Shown: positions 57,001-62,551 of the stretch, piece after piece | Layout: the number at the start of each line of letters is the position of its first letter | How positions within the stretch are numbered: the stretch's first letter is position 1 | Source of the DNA: a virus | Reading direction: 5' to 3' (one strand) | IMG/VR virus record: IMGVR_UViG_3300028844_003474 | Location: 10,144-74,143 of that record | Length of the DNA: 64,000 bases | The notes under the pieces: generated by a model | What the model was told of the DNA's origin: nothing | The model's input: only the letters and a program-made list of their open reading frames with translations | The model's database searches: none | Program-made: the position numbers and the translations under genes

Positions 57001-57915
57001 GCTGCTACCATACGTAATCTGAAGAGGCTTATTAATAATTTCTTTCTCTTCTACTCCTAGACTTTCTAAGTTGTTTAAATAAAATTCAGCTGCAGCAACA
57101 TCAGTGGTACTTACACTTTTTGATAACGTATCTGCTATGTCTTCCGGAATAAATCCATTTTGAGCTAAAACGTAATAAGCTTGAGGCGTTTCAACTCTTG
57201 CAATAGCAGCTGCCCATTGCTCTGTGGGAATGTCCTTGATAGGAGTATCTCTAGTAATGTCGTAACCCGAGCTTTTAAAAAACTTTTCAAGAGTTGTAAT
57301 GTAGCCTTCAGTGTTATTTTCAGTTTTAGGAGAATACACTTCCATAACTTGAGCTAAGGTGTAATCACCTGTAACACCAGTACCTGTTTTTTCTCCAGGC
57401 TGAGTCCCCTGGTACAGTTTAAGCTGACGCAAAAGCGCATTCCAACCTGTAGTCATATCAGGAAAGACTGCAAAGCCGTCGGCTATGCTAGTCTGACCTT
57501 TACCTTGTCTAAGCGCACCTGGATTAAAATTTCGAAGCCCTCTTTGATAATCAGAGTTAGCAACTTTAGCAGGTTCTTTTGGCTTGTTAGAATACAAGCT
57601 TGTCTTGTTAAATTCAGCGTTGTCAAATATGACGTTACCTCCTTTATCAAGATTTTTGTTTTCAGCAACAACTACTTCTGGCTCTTTAGGAGATTCAACT
57701 GTAGCCGTTTCCGGTTTAGCATCTGAAGTAACTTCCGGTTTAGGAAGCTCAGGCTCTTTGACTGTAGTAGTATCTTTTTGAGGTTCTTGTACTACAGGGC
57801 TTTCGTCCTCTGGACGATCTGTAGGAACAGTTTCGTTTTCAGGCGCAACCCTAGCTTCAAGTGTAGCTGTAGAATCAGGGACTTGAGTATCAGGAGTAGT
57901 AGTCTTATCGTCCAT
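42055..57915 (-). CDS. Giant virion RNA polymerase polyprotein (two-barrel RNAP with lysozyme-like, PD-(D/E)xK and two zincin-like domains)
   Basis: Catalytic 'YRIP...IKVIGFLP...MGSDFDNDKLY' (DxDxD) at about 47630-47760; 'RADGVTYMS...KPMYFG...FLKTAVLPL'; HEAFH at about 51590 and HEFAH at about 45605; nuclease 'IAGSADL...IYDMKT...YQRQLSLY' at about 54210-54420; 'RGLRNFNPGALR...FAVF..TGW.A...L..Y' lysozyme-like region at about 57180-57545. Confidence 0.9.
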   Translation of the reverse strand: MDDKTTTPDTQVPDSTATLEARVAPENETVPTDRPEDESPVVQEPQKDTTTVKEPELPKPEVTSDAKPETATVESPKEPEVVVAENKNLDKGGNVIFDNAEFNKTSLYSNKPKEPAKVANSDYQRGLRNFNPGALRQGKGQTSIADGFAVFPDMTTGWNALLRQLKLYQGTQPGEKTGTGVTGDYTLAQVMEVYSPKTENNTEGYITTLEKFFKSSGYDITRDTPIKDIPTEQWAAAIARVETPQAYYVLAQNGFIPEDIADTLSKSVSTTDVAAAEFYLNNLESLGVEEKEIINKPLQITYGSSGLQLGISEGGVQRYVGYSPDFAMSNLRETQAAKNQTPGEKILNGTLYQGLIGEVFGGALEGFGSLGLIGDPGGTNMLTRMGGATREDMQTYAPIFQYNPQKSFQWADPGWWGTNIPNILSTFSLLIPGYSGMKAASYLARAAKLGKGYRKAFKASQIQAKAAGRLAEGFNMAAFMRHAENTREGADVFLRAESEFLNSSMTVSEMEGTMAYKNFVAKNGRAPRNKYELAEYVGDRAAMRSYAINSTNLFFDLIQVGSIMRLGRAAQLARRTGRRASTTRRAIREGGNATKGMVMPSWAKTYAQKLGKVGKFGLVSGSEGVEEMVNFYGAEEGVALAHRLQNNFIGSHSDRLNNYVQDDRFWESAFFGMFGGGVFNGLGSLISKKDNTELEHYKETHNIIQTFIKQHSTLTKEGKYKEADKVKQDMLSFLGQRATVAGRIDQLVEQIQSEEFMGELSRMGLGTKEELMAEQDAMVESLRAEEATIKEAIEVGRKKGLSEDAIGYYIARYANTVKDIRQQEAIMEELKNQGIELPSGNRKNYARKTMLQQLRTEREVIQSLLEDPRLKNDDTRRAMLEDRIAQYEAIEGQIEADLLAEDVDLNEVKDEKKEITDEEKTAMMEELGLNAIKQRLAYMQSDEGIEEIEEAAEQDRITREENSEKLALATIKKTSDKKVLKDIIKRAKMMGKDTILKAAKQRLEDLKKNKGKKQEPPTPPGKTENPQAVAEAEAMLANMAALTEFVLEPGHPKNPGKVPNAYYDTRTDKYYTRVSKVVSSEELDTSAPQLQSALILGNVVDQIVRDFFANTLVKEVAMQRLMNMDVPEAEARFDAFLAQLQQLRQDFQETGETAYTEDLLLVNQELGIAGSADLITIDKQGNVRIYDMKTMKHSLQDVHQSGANKGESKFDTPYNIGELSKRERYQRQLSLYRILMANSYGFVAKDLNIIAIRLKYPSAENTLVQEVSDIQFQTIVPLDPLDTVEGRKLKPARSESAVRGQLKPLLQELSDIETAIRFASSELDPSELENLKSQRNKKAAAIKDILGNSRLSMSSNMQDISDSIVNKAIEDFVPNFVVITAQGEEVNLYDAIKKDLIQADEAMENLNEIAGAILEGLEKGETFAKIISQVNAQSEQKRVVLDEASSKNLSNVFTINNTLFSLTEELNLQPFGNHIIRVAREIQGAAESLDRTIQREGMIVPDGVAIYMDQLFEALTKGGPLTVGDDLFGLGFLETRLKEGDSLELNEEQARIWGLILQVIEAQNEGEQTNVKITIEKDDTEYKSPEKVSSVKLNKGVNTKGQGLEGLKKLQHNPNNKDSTEFKYDVDPGSETNWVIFAKIGGEKVRLGYLPKINTLMGQAQRQQEAFNKESITLNLKDQMHLNTHTHAIDALINIDRLIQLREALAAQNTDTVVLGLAEDVFKFQQLPNDQGSARGNLLRPSADSTVKLGDIVEIRDAINEHGVAVMLPDADGNIRMYSLQTGEAIDNPYQDGLLLEEDGINYGIGQVYAPVYDRGNLIYVRVPKVSLEKMGIDNAVIDLFKDPKLDAATKASKLRQYTVVATPNSTIDTGIVYNEADGSFLLRQNGRDVFRLRHEESGMQALDDSELQDLEMMREFPFSPSIVVSKDGTLIQDLSQVDDYLGGKALIDRLMESVNSPIAPVTNASGETISFTYPGAPNRQEGSRYFPDTERTHIKLRIVAAEKLITSGVPKPSKPTNTEDPSGTDPFFPFGGAFLSHERAMGSGVLNVLATDQDMAEAEAWFAENLPQLGFKRVKGLIVRGGTRAYGVWEQGMLVVSDEAVVGTEYHEAFHAVTDVFLSPARRAKVMAEAERKYTITEKDLEAARAEIIDANPQRDFDTQPITNAELKDYALNEKLAETFREYMVTKGLSMKDKSVIRRFFSELYELVKSIFQRQYQTRRLMQHINKGKFAQKPSQRSLQFMNRFMKAPPFDTPTRKEFEQHLPMAIAKVIDTVFEYKGILETAPSLEQGINNATGYLTKKFGSVEGASDVISIVTNINRLSQEIDPDTGEVVVNNQVKADIAKSMLRLAFRRYGIIHGALHFMREDGVNTDVIDPLIEEMVESSENLVEYFASKTSIRNRIFDSLKADAITGTTAAEQYGGKSMETIDPKSKIPASVRNLIGSVPMLPTSGTSDLRQLLRRSMPSKQKAELLKKLMEKIKEEGKFDKMSRTGLPRVMDFNQVFGYLLHHLNDATSLEDMMYRLEQMSVKNPNLLFLYSKLKTSDKILQTQFFVSMKKADTAELNVSNNVISYYDMYGQQKRELSKAPKVHKAQEPLDVLTNYNRTSIIQTTAEYISDGTFLNRIKALQTFKDREALAEAVQDFGLNTIQIGALEFRLSTMTNSELRAFSTNFIEILKQVEPITQAQDLKTKRIATNKFVAKLRSNILGQLIEVDMGAVALKYRNGEGTYVYSRMLPSYVTEETERLLNDPAHFNKRLEEDPSLRSTSWVSREGTKTSWLSNAHSPFIVRFGYLNNTPYTNLRGEQKLAYDLHALFHRVPQSDGAIMELSYVAVPTPSDAENTWLVRSAWHDMKDNEKRELLTRIAREEIAAHGENASIPGLAEAQDPVKHIEAHFEKEVKLIMADPKLRKAADLFVRQRFLEIGQMTDAGPIAGMTFTEHVADHLNDLVTATYISHRDYAHWVSGTHAEFGYNTVKMQKRAKGPQSNGTANARQSARYQDRQTFRSVVIKEPKIDLDWVSQVDRADGVTYMSLQFYRDLLEDHGELTDAKRIAIDKALNNQELNNKDTVALITPYKPMYFGKHKGKTIFLKTAVLPLVPALLRDSKGNPLSERAGLEGMLRYIEAKNLDQAHVESAQKSGEYTPVELFDAQGNFIEDRLDEGIASIVQELPVDHYRHQVHNPQHMSVNNTTGWMTQVSKIVTGNLHGRERVGPRGVSGTKMVTELLRKERKLLSMKHAELLNRFFETELDEEGNSQIKYDGVIPVLKGNKLREFLLEHVDENNQALVEMLRSKDRALNNPMMARPMVNALFAILHRDYKHLKIPGGMQVQMPDLGIKDGLKGMRLEDGKVLPAEVIVSKAFLPAEYRNSPIESIPDRVLTMLAYRIPGEHKNTSAVIKVIGFLPEGQDGMLVPPDFVAQMGSDFDNDKLYLNWKVHKSKEDLSAYESVWNEYLQLVFEVLTDPKIFEEEVLQEQDFVILRNFRETLNQAGKLPGREIEGVNLDTYVAENPYSYLSHQRMFQDNIAGIGLKGISAKNNTFWLNLQRYQIAFDLDADIETPGGKMISRVTWRSLTPDRIRFNAQTVGASMDGAIDPVYGQLGIGLNNFQIWQDLHMIGFTMEEAWEAATDQDSIDYINNELTEEEIENKIQDNWRLKAVIAWNTELSLKLEPLKKLMRTQEEKLSELGTTFIPFLTGQQTFEGVESLLSGAGSPLDITHLPVVKENLDIAQTTLDILMSLGIPYFSEALESSEGITFDQSDRHQKYMASKAFISARRKEGTSSYLRMGELKGVENVSQLRPARKKGQYQTWNIQDFFDYFKSNAGRKKVANDSSLKFVLENLYVRDTAVMASSNLFGVGSGNIFIDVNHHQRIHDPEMGQDFYEAWKELTESEDNAVKEFAYALAEYEAERSGWRFGGDTLTKFLPEVFFRELENPIQDPLEIKLLAALSPNVYEIIGKNSHLKAIQTNRMVAVTLDKVQRVYFTVGGQRGYITRPLTSSRFHEDRTMSELRAEFERGVEDTESMSKSEIKEESKVGRSSKPERQFAERKAKLTQLFRDAGVEVKVILDSSIEGAGGVQMVEGKAEIRIHPDKMRSDTLIHEFAHIYIEMLGYNHPLVQQAIKELRGTQLYRDTQALYSEKTTRDLDMEVLATAMGLKGDTVYAEELGVSKIQTVFRRIFRAISKFLSRVMGREVTVDAAEQLARNMFRGKDVHINNLLSFEAEQRLKSHLNEMEMLTGVREVIAERIQHMRRLGISEDEEIKLLETLMNNNRTLGRLTSDMRSQIVGRIADLTEEVVSDTNMLLEQSAGYLDNIKGREWTEIDRQFYNRAYNARQILLNMQQAAVGFNPKAPGEKSRAPSADIARLGQLGDTLTGQVKRIDNVLKEAISEKLKQASADPIIRKLATNIFDLSDDGNLWKYALDSGFWREGFMGSKEQSAVVLKLLSLQVKRTLDRHGLEAQQEISNLNKISKTYLDAGNQWEQILDEDRKRFVSPITGRYYMDRDNSKDVKIFEAENTIQEFTPEYYTKYKHRKRTEEYKALEQEQATIKENAERIGVMSQEDKARLEEIEYMLANVDKKVWKKYHTWEIDLKTYRTDRAAAKAKGEEALRDWDIQYSEVNRAGQRQPKAFSKYKQEKVKDEFRNDQWDPNGGLQVIDKYKNDKYDLLTEVQKQTIQDLKTLMRSALGRDHKFFDRNLIPQFSEGELTVFTELEDKARKLITITGEELQERLDAEDKPVYVRSQPSFLFTRDGQKVMTNLQETIAEFIVSASQQKALDTIETFSLASRDQIDNMRLISSKIDAKSVIGFGKEKQVKKKTIAGSESRAKKSLEHMLQGYFGQGWVDQDAFSKIVDRILTYNSMMGIGLNPSSWLNNFLYGSVQQRIENAGGIYYTNKDSRNARKKIAANYGELHRMAHGKKKAGFVTDNKTVGLIKFFDVTMDQKEISFVRDRMGVWMNRLFYGQNMGEILMQNQVMIAHMLGQKVILADGSETNLYEALNYTAAEGVVLPEGAKIIRPYGEVDLTLDELANFKQKLLSRLQRIHGAYNKEDQGTIARHALGQAGLQYRKWIPHGIFKRFAAEEFSEAREETEIGWYRGFGKMMHTYFMTSYNEKQLMKFSLLMEQYKDQPHVVNAAKRAMYEMMTGMASTAALWLLASMIKIEDSDDDELFLVNDEFYKAKLLYHVERLKKEMLTFVSPFEIGDTLKRIGKDPIPSVRTISFIALAGVEALKAIWTGEWDRFEGGFRYGDVKATSYLARGTFGWKHYTALEESIANHQAYSLYGN

Positions 57916-60284
57916 TATTCTGCGTTTTTATCTGCATTCAACCGAAAGTAACGATGGATTAAGCTACTTACAGCCAATTCCATCGTACCAAACTCCTCGT
58001 TCAAAATATTATTTTCGTCTTCATCCTCAAAGTAAAATCTTCCACTATCATTTCGTTGAGGAACAATTTTTTCTACGTTTAATAAACGTTCCATTTGAAT
58101 TATTCCCGGAAAGGTTAATCTTTCTAAAGAATCAGAAGTACTATTTTTATTTCTTATAGCGCTTGCACTTGCGTCCCTAGTAATTTCAGGAACCGAGTGA
58201 GCTATATAAACTGGAAGAAGCGGGTTATCTGCATTTGATCCCTCACTGTCTAATCTCTTTTGTACGGTCCTAGCTACACCTTGAGAGATGTTAAGCATCT
58301 TATTGTCAGGAAGTACCATTTGAAATACTGCTTTTTTAACTCCGTCTTTTCTGTTAGAGCTAAAGGGTATGGTTACCTCAAACATGCCGGGTGCATTTGT
58401 AGAACCAACTTGAGTCAATTCTAACTTATCCCATTGGAAAAACTCTTTCTGATCTAGTTTATCATAAATGTCTTTCCAATCTTTAATCTTACCATCTTCT
58501 GGATCAACTGCTTGTATAACTCCAGGTCTCATATTACCGTTTCCTTGAGGAAGCATTGTGTTTGCTAAAAGCATACTAGCTTGGTCTAAAGCATCTTTAT
58601 CTGGAGTTATGTTACCGTTTTTAGCAATGTCAACAAACACACTAGATGCTGGAACGTATTGAGGAGACATAGAAATATCAGCGATTCCTTCATCGGTAAT
58701 GTAGTCTTCTAAGTTTTGTTGGAAGATAGTCTTACCTGTGTACGCTTCTAAAGCGTCTTGCATCTCTTGCGCTTGTTCTTCACCTAAATTAAATCGATCA
58801 GACTTTAACATTCTGCCAACCTCATCCCAATCATATTGGTTTCCTGTTGAAGCTGTTATAGGATAGTTTGAAGGATTTTCAATAGTGTCAAAAAAAGCTT
58901 CAGGGGTATCAGAGTAGTCTAACATTTCCTCAAAATAGCCTAATAACGCAGGTGAAATACTTTCGTCTTCGTTCGGACCTAAAGGCACCCCTCCAGAAGC
59001 TGTACTAAATTGAGTATCCTTTAAAAGCTTTTTTATTTGCTTTTTATAATCTTCGCTAGGATTTTCTTCATACCCATTTCTAACTATGTCAATAACGGTT
59101 TGAGCTTCGACAGATTCATCTCGATCTTGATAAAAAAGACCTCGAATCTCTTCGTCTGTAAATTGCTCAAGTATACTAAGCTGCTCTGCATTCAGGTCAA
59201 CACCACGACCTTTTTCAAATCCTTTACGAATCGTTTCAGTCATGGCTTGACGCTCGTTAAAAATTTCATATGTTTCTGCACTAGATGACCCTCCTTTTTC
59301 AAGTTTTTGATCTAACTCAAATACATAAGGTCCCGATTTACCAAATGTTTCAAACTTCTCAACCTCAAATGGTTCCTTAACAATATAGCTAGGCTGGTTA
59401 GATTCAAATATGAAATCACTATACACACCATTTCCACTGCCACTGCTGCCTTTGTTTCCAGAAACAGAAAAAGATATATCTGTACCTGCATACTTTTCGA
59501 CAACCGGTTGAACATATTTAGCCTCAACCCAGTTTTGAAGGTCTTGGGATGTTTGTGGATTTTCACCTTGGTTGTAACGGTAGCGATCAATTAACTCTCT
59601 ACGAGTTTTCGGATCTTGAAGAAGTCTATTGGCAGCAATGAAAGCAACGCGTTCAGGAGTTGTATCCGTTTTTTTGATCTGAACTCGGTTGTTGTTTTCA
59701 TCCGTGTAATATGCTCCAACAAGATTGTTATTTTCGTCAAATTGACCTTTCTCTATTTCAGTGTTAATACCTGCAACTGATTTGTCAGCAAGTCCTTGCA
59801 TATCAAGCTCCTCGTAAAATGGAGTTTGTCTAAACACTTGTAAGTCTTCTGCACCTCCTGCTTGAGTATACTTATTAAGGGACTCTTTAATCTTTTGCTC
59901 TTGGAATGGAGATACTCCTTTTTCTCGTGCAGCTGCTACATCTGCCATATAATTCTTGTAAGTCTGTTGAACAGATCGAAGTTGAGGATTAATGGCAAAG
60001 TCTCTAGCCATAGACATAATGCCTGCAGTAGCATGCTCTGGAGCTTTACTATATTCTTCAATATCTTTTCTTAGCTGCTGTCCGTAGGAATCTAAATACG
60101 GTTGATCTCCTTCAACCGCTTTAATGTTACCATAAGCTCGAGCTAATTGATCCATAGTAGCAAGACTCGTATCATGCCGAGTTTGCAATGTTCCAAGTGT
60201 ATTTCTAAGCTCTTCAATAGGAGAACCGACATACGTTTTTACATAGGGATTTACCCTAAGGCTTTCAAATGGGTTGTTGCTCAT
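57915..60284 (-). CDS. Virion cargo/ejection protein (putative)
   Basis: 789 aa, TAATG-coupled to the RNAP gene; 'NPYVKTYVGSPIEEL' N-terminus as in crAss-like cargo genes. Confidence 0.55.
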   Translation of the reverse strand: MSNNPFESLRVNPYVKTYVGSPIEELRNTLGTLQTRHDTSLATMDQLARAYGNIKAVEGDQPYLDSYGQQLRKDIEEYSKAPEHATAGIMSMARDFAINPQLRSVQQTYKNYMADVAAAREKGVSPFQEQKIKESLNKYTQAGGAEDLQVFRQTPFYEELDMQGLADKSVAGINTEIEKGQFDENNNLVGAYYTDENNNRVQIKKTDTTPERVAFIAANRLLQDPKTRRELIDRYRYNQGENPQTSQDLQNWVEAKYVQPVVEKYAGTDISFSVSGNKGSSGSGNGVYSDFIFESNQPSYIVKEPFEVEKFETFGKSGPYVFELDQKLEKGGSSSAETYEIFNERQAMTETIRKGFEKGRGVDLNAEQLSILEQFTDEEIRGLFYQDRDESVEAQTVIDIVRNGYEENPSEDYKKQIKKLLKDTQFSTASGGVPLGPNEDESISPALLGYFEEMLDYSDTPEAFFDTIENPSNYPITASTGNQYDWDEVGRMLKSDRFNLGEEQAQEMQDALEAYTGKTIFQQNLEDYITDEGIADISMSPQYVPASSVFVDIAKNGNITPDKDALDQASMLLANTMLPQGNGNMRPGVIQAVDPEDGKIKDWKDIYDKLDQKEFFQWDKLELTQVGSTNAPGMFEVTIPFSSNRKDGVKKAVFQMVLPDNKMLNISQGVARTVQKRLDSEGSNADNPLLPVYIAHSVPEITRDASASAIRNKNSTSDSLERLTFPGIIQMERLLNVEKIVPQRNDSGRFYFEDEDENNILNEEFGTMELAVSSLIHRYFRLNADKNAE

Positions 60285-60286
60285 GG

Positions 60287-61294
60287 TTAATCATCTTCCG
60301 GTGTTAAAGTTCCGTCTTGCAACGCTTGTAAAAAACGTTGAAACATTCCTTGATCGTAGGCTTGACTTTGAATTGATAATCCTGTTCTAGCCAAATCTCG
60401 TTCATACTTATCTTGTTGTAAGTTACTAAACTTAGTTCCCAAATCCTGTCCAAAAGTAGCTTTAGCGTTAGCCTTGTTTACATCAAATTGGTATTGATTT
60501 GTTCTATTAGCAAAATCTACATTTTGACGTTCTCTTCTAGTGTCTGAAGCTTCACGACTTGCAGCATCCCTAAGCTCAAACTCTTTAGTTAATTGATCTG
60601 CAGTAAGTTGTGCTCTGTTGCCAGCACCTTCTCCATACATTCTACTAAGTGCAGCTGCAGTCATTTGAGGATTACTAAACTGGCTTTCCACACCTCGTTT
60701 ACCCGCAGCTAAATCTTCTCGCAACCCAGCTTGTGCAGGATTATAAACCATACTCATATCTGTTTGCGTATTACGATACTCAGGCATACTCATTTCAGGA
60801 GGAGCCTGCATTTTGTGAATAGTTGCAAACGTATTGATATCTGGAATAAACTGTGCAAACTGCGAAAGGTTTGAAGGGTCAGGAACTAATCCTTCTATCT
60901 GTTCAGGAGTATATCCAGCATCTTGCATTTTAGGCAAATAACCACCATAGCCCATCATAGGATTTGCTTGCGGAGGCATCATTTCAGGAGGCGTCATTTG
61001 CGGCATACCTTGAGCAGGTCCTTGAGGCATACCAGGAGGCATACCTTGCCCCGGCATTTGCCCTTGTCCTTGCATCTGTTGCATCTGTTGCATTTGAGCC
61101 ATTTGCTCTTGCATCTTTTGACGCTCTTGTTCCTTAGCCAACTCGTTTTGAACTCGTGTAAGTTTTGAAATACGGCGTTGATAGTCTGACTCTGTTACAA
61201 AATCATCTTCAACGCTTCGCATTTTCTTGCGGTATTTTTCAATAGCAGCAGTGACATCTGCCATTGCGTCCGCATATGTTTTTTTCTTAGCCAT
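60287..61294 (-). CDS. Putative virion cargo protein with a Gln/Met/Pro-rich linker
   Basis: 'KKTYADA' N-terminus, QMQQMQ/PGQGMP repeats and an 'MGYGG' motif. Confidence 0.55.
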   Translation of the reverse strand: MAKKKTYADAMADVTAAIEKYRKKMRSVEDDFVTESDYQRRISKLTRVQNELAKEQERQKMQEQMAQMQQMQQMQGQGQMPGQGMPPGMPQGPAQGMPQMTPPEMMPPQANPMMGYGGYLPKMQDAGYTPEQIEGLVPDPSNLSQFAQFIPDINTFATIHKMQAPPEMSMPEYRNTQTDMSMVYNPAQAGLREDLAAGKRGVESQFSNPQMTAAALSRMYGEGAGNRAQLTADQLTKEFELRDAASREASDTRRERQNVDFANRTNQYQFDVNKANAKATFGQDLGTKFSNLQQDKYERDLARTGLSIQSQAYDQGMFQRFLQALQDGTLTPEDD

Positions 61295-62439
61295 TAGAAT
61301 CGAAGTTTTCCGTTTGATCCGTAGATCTTTTTTTGCATCTCTTTAGAGAGCTTCAGCTTATCGCTGTATATAAATGCACTTTCATCCTGTCCCATCTTTA
61401 CGCCACCACTTGATGCAGAGTGTTTATCTCCGTTAATCATTTTTACATTAGAACCAAGGCTAGTTAAATAGCCGTTTTGATCCGTATTAGGTACATCACC
61501 AGGTTTGTGAACTATAACTTCACCGCCTTCTGCGATGTAATCAAACTTATCTGTATTGCCTCCGTATTTATAAGGAGAAAGTTCTTGTTGCCTTTCTTTT
61601 AAAGGATAATCTTTAGCAAGATCAGTGCTCATTAAATCAAGACCCAGTGCTTGCTCAAAACCTAGAAGAGGAGCTTCTCGTCTAATGCCCTGCACAGCTT
61701 CTCTCTTTCCATACTTACCTAAAGGAAATCCTACATTACGACCTTGTGCATACTTTTTTACACCTTGTAAAGCGGTACGTTTAGCTAAGGTTCCTGCAAG
61801 TTTTGAAAAAGGTACAAGACCTAACATAGTGTCTACAGGACCAAACACATAGTCTGTCCTACCAGAAGGAGGAAGATTTAAATCTGCATAAGGATTACGA
61901 AGACGGTACATAGCTTCTGCACGAGCTTTAGATGCATCAAATCTAGGATCGTCTGCTCTAATACTAGGTCCTTGATCTTTCCCTTTAGGAGTAGAACCTC
62001 CGTTTTGAAAAGAATACTTTTCTTTATATGCAGTAATTTCCTCCTTAGTTAAAGGAACTTCTTTCCATTGTTTACGCTTGTCATCCCAAACACGCTTTGC
62101 TCTAGGGATTTGACCAGTGCGGGTTGATCCAGAGCCTCCAGTATTAGCCGCGTTATAAATGTAAACCGGTTCTGGTTTTGCCTTTGGTGCAACCGGAGTC
62201 TCCTTCTTTTTAGGAGTAGGGGGAGGCGTTGTTTTTTTAACAGGCTCTGGTTTTTGAGCAACAGGTGCAGGTGTATCAATAGGATCGGAGCTTCCAAGTC
62301 CAACTGAATCTAAAGGATTACTAGTTAAAGTTTTTGTAATGTAATTCTTAGTAACTGGAGCTAATTTTACTTCTTGAGTAGGCTTATCATATGTAGCATT
62401 GTAAGAAGAGTAAGGATCCATTCCTACTCCTCTTAACAT
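61294..62439 (-). CDS. Putative virion cargo protein (probably the 3' part of a frameshifted gene)
   Basis: 'AEGGEV...INGDKHS..SGGV...FIYSDKLK' module and 'FQNGG'/'YKYGG' linkers; the frame stays open upstream to about 62588, overlapping the stop of the previous ORF. Confidence 0.55.
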   Translation of the reverse strand: MLRGVGMDPYSSYNATYDKPTQEVKLAPVTKNYITKTLTSNPLDSVGLGSSDPIDTPAPVAQKPEPVKKTTPPPTPKKKETPVAPKAKPEPVYIYNAANTGGSGSTRTGQIPRAKRVWDDKRKQWKEVPLTKEEITAYKEKYSFQNGGSTPKGKDQGPSIRADDPRFDASKARAEAMYRLRNPYADLNLPPSGRTDYVFGPVDTMLGLVPFSKLAGTLAKRTALQGVKKYAQGRNVGFPLGKYGKREAVQGIRREAPLLGFEQALGLDLMSTDLAKDYPLKERQQELSPYKYGGNTDKFDYIAEGGEVIVHKPGDVPNTDQNGYLTSLGSNVKMINGDKHSASSGGVKMGQDESAFIYSDKLKLSKEMQKKIYGSNGKLRF

Positions 62440-62551
62440 ACGCTGCTTAAAGCTATCACCGCTAGTGGCATCATAGATGCCGGTAGGTTTAATAGAAGGA
62501 TGACTTACTTCATAGTGAGTAAGTTTTGTAGGATCTTTTGCAAACTCTTCT

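Noticed and set aside
60960-61130. DNA tandem repeat element
   Set aside because: It simply encodes the Gln/Met/Pro/Gly low-complexity protein linker.
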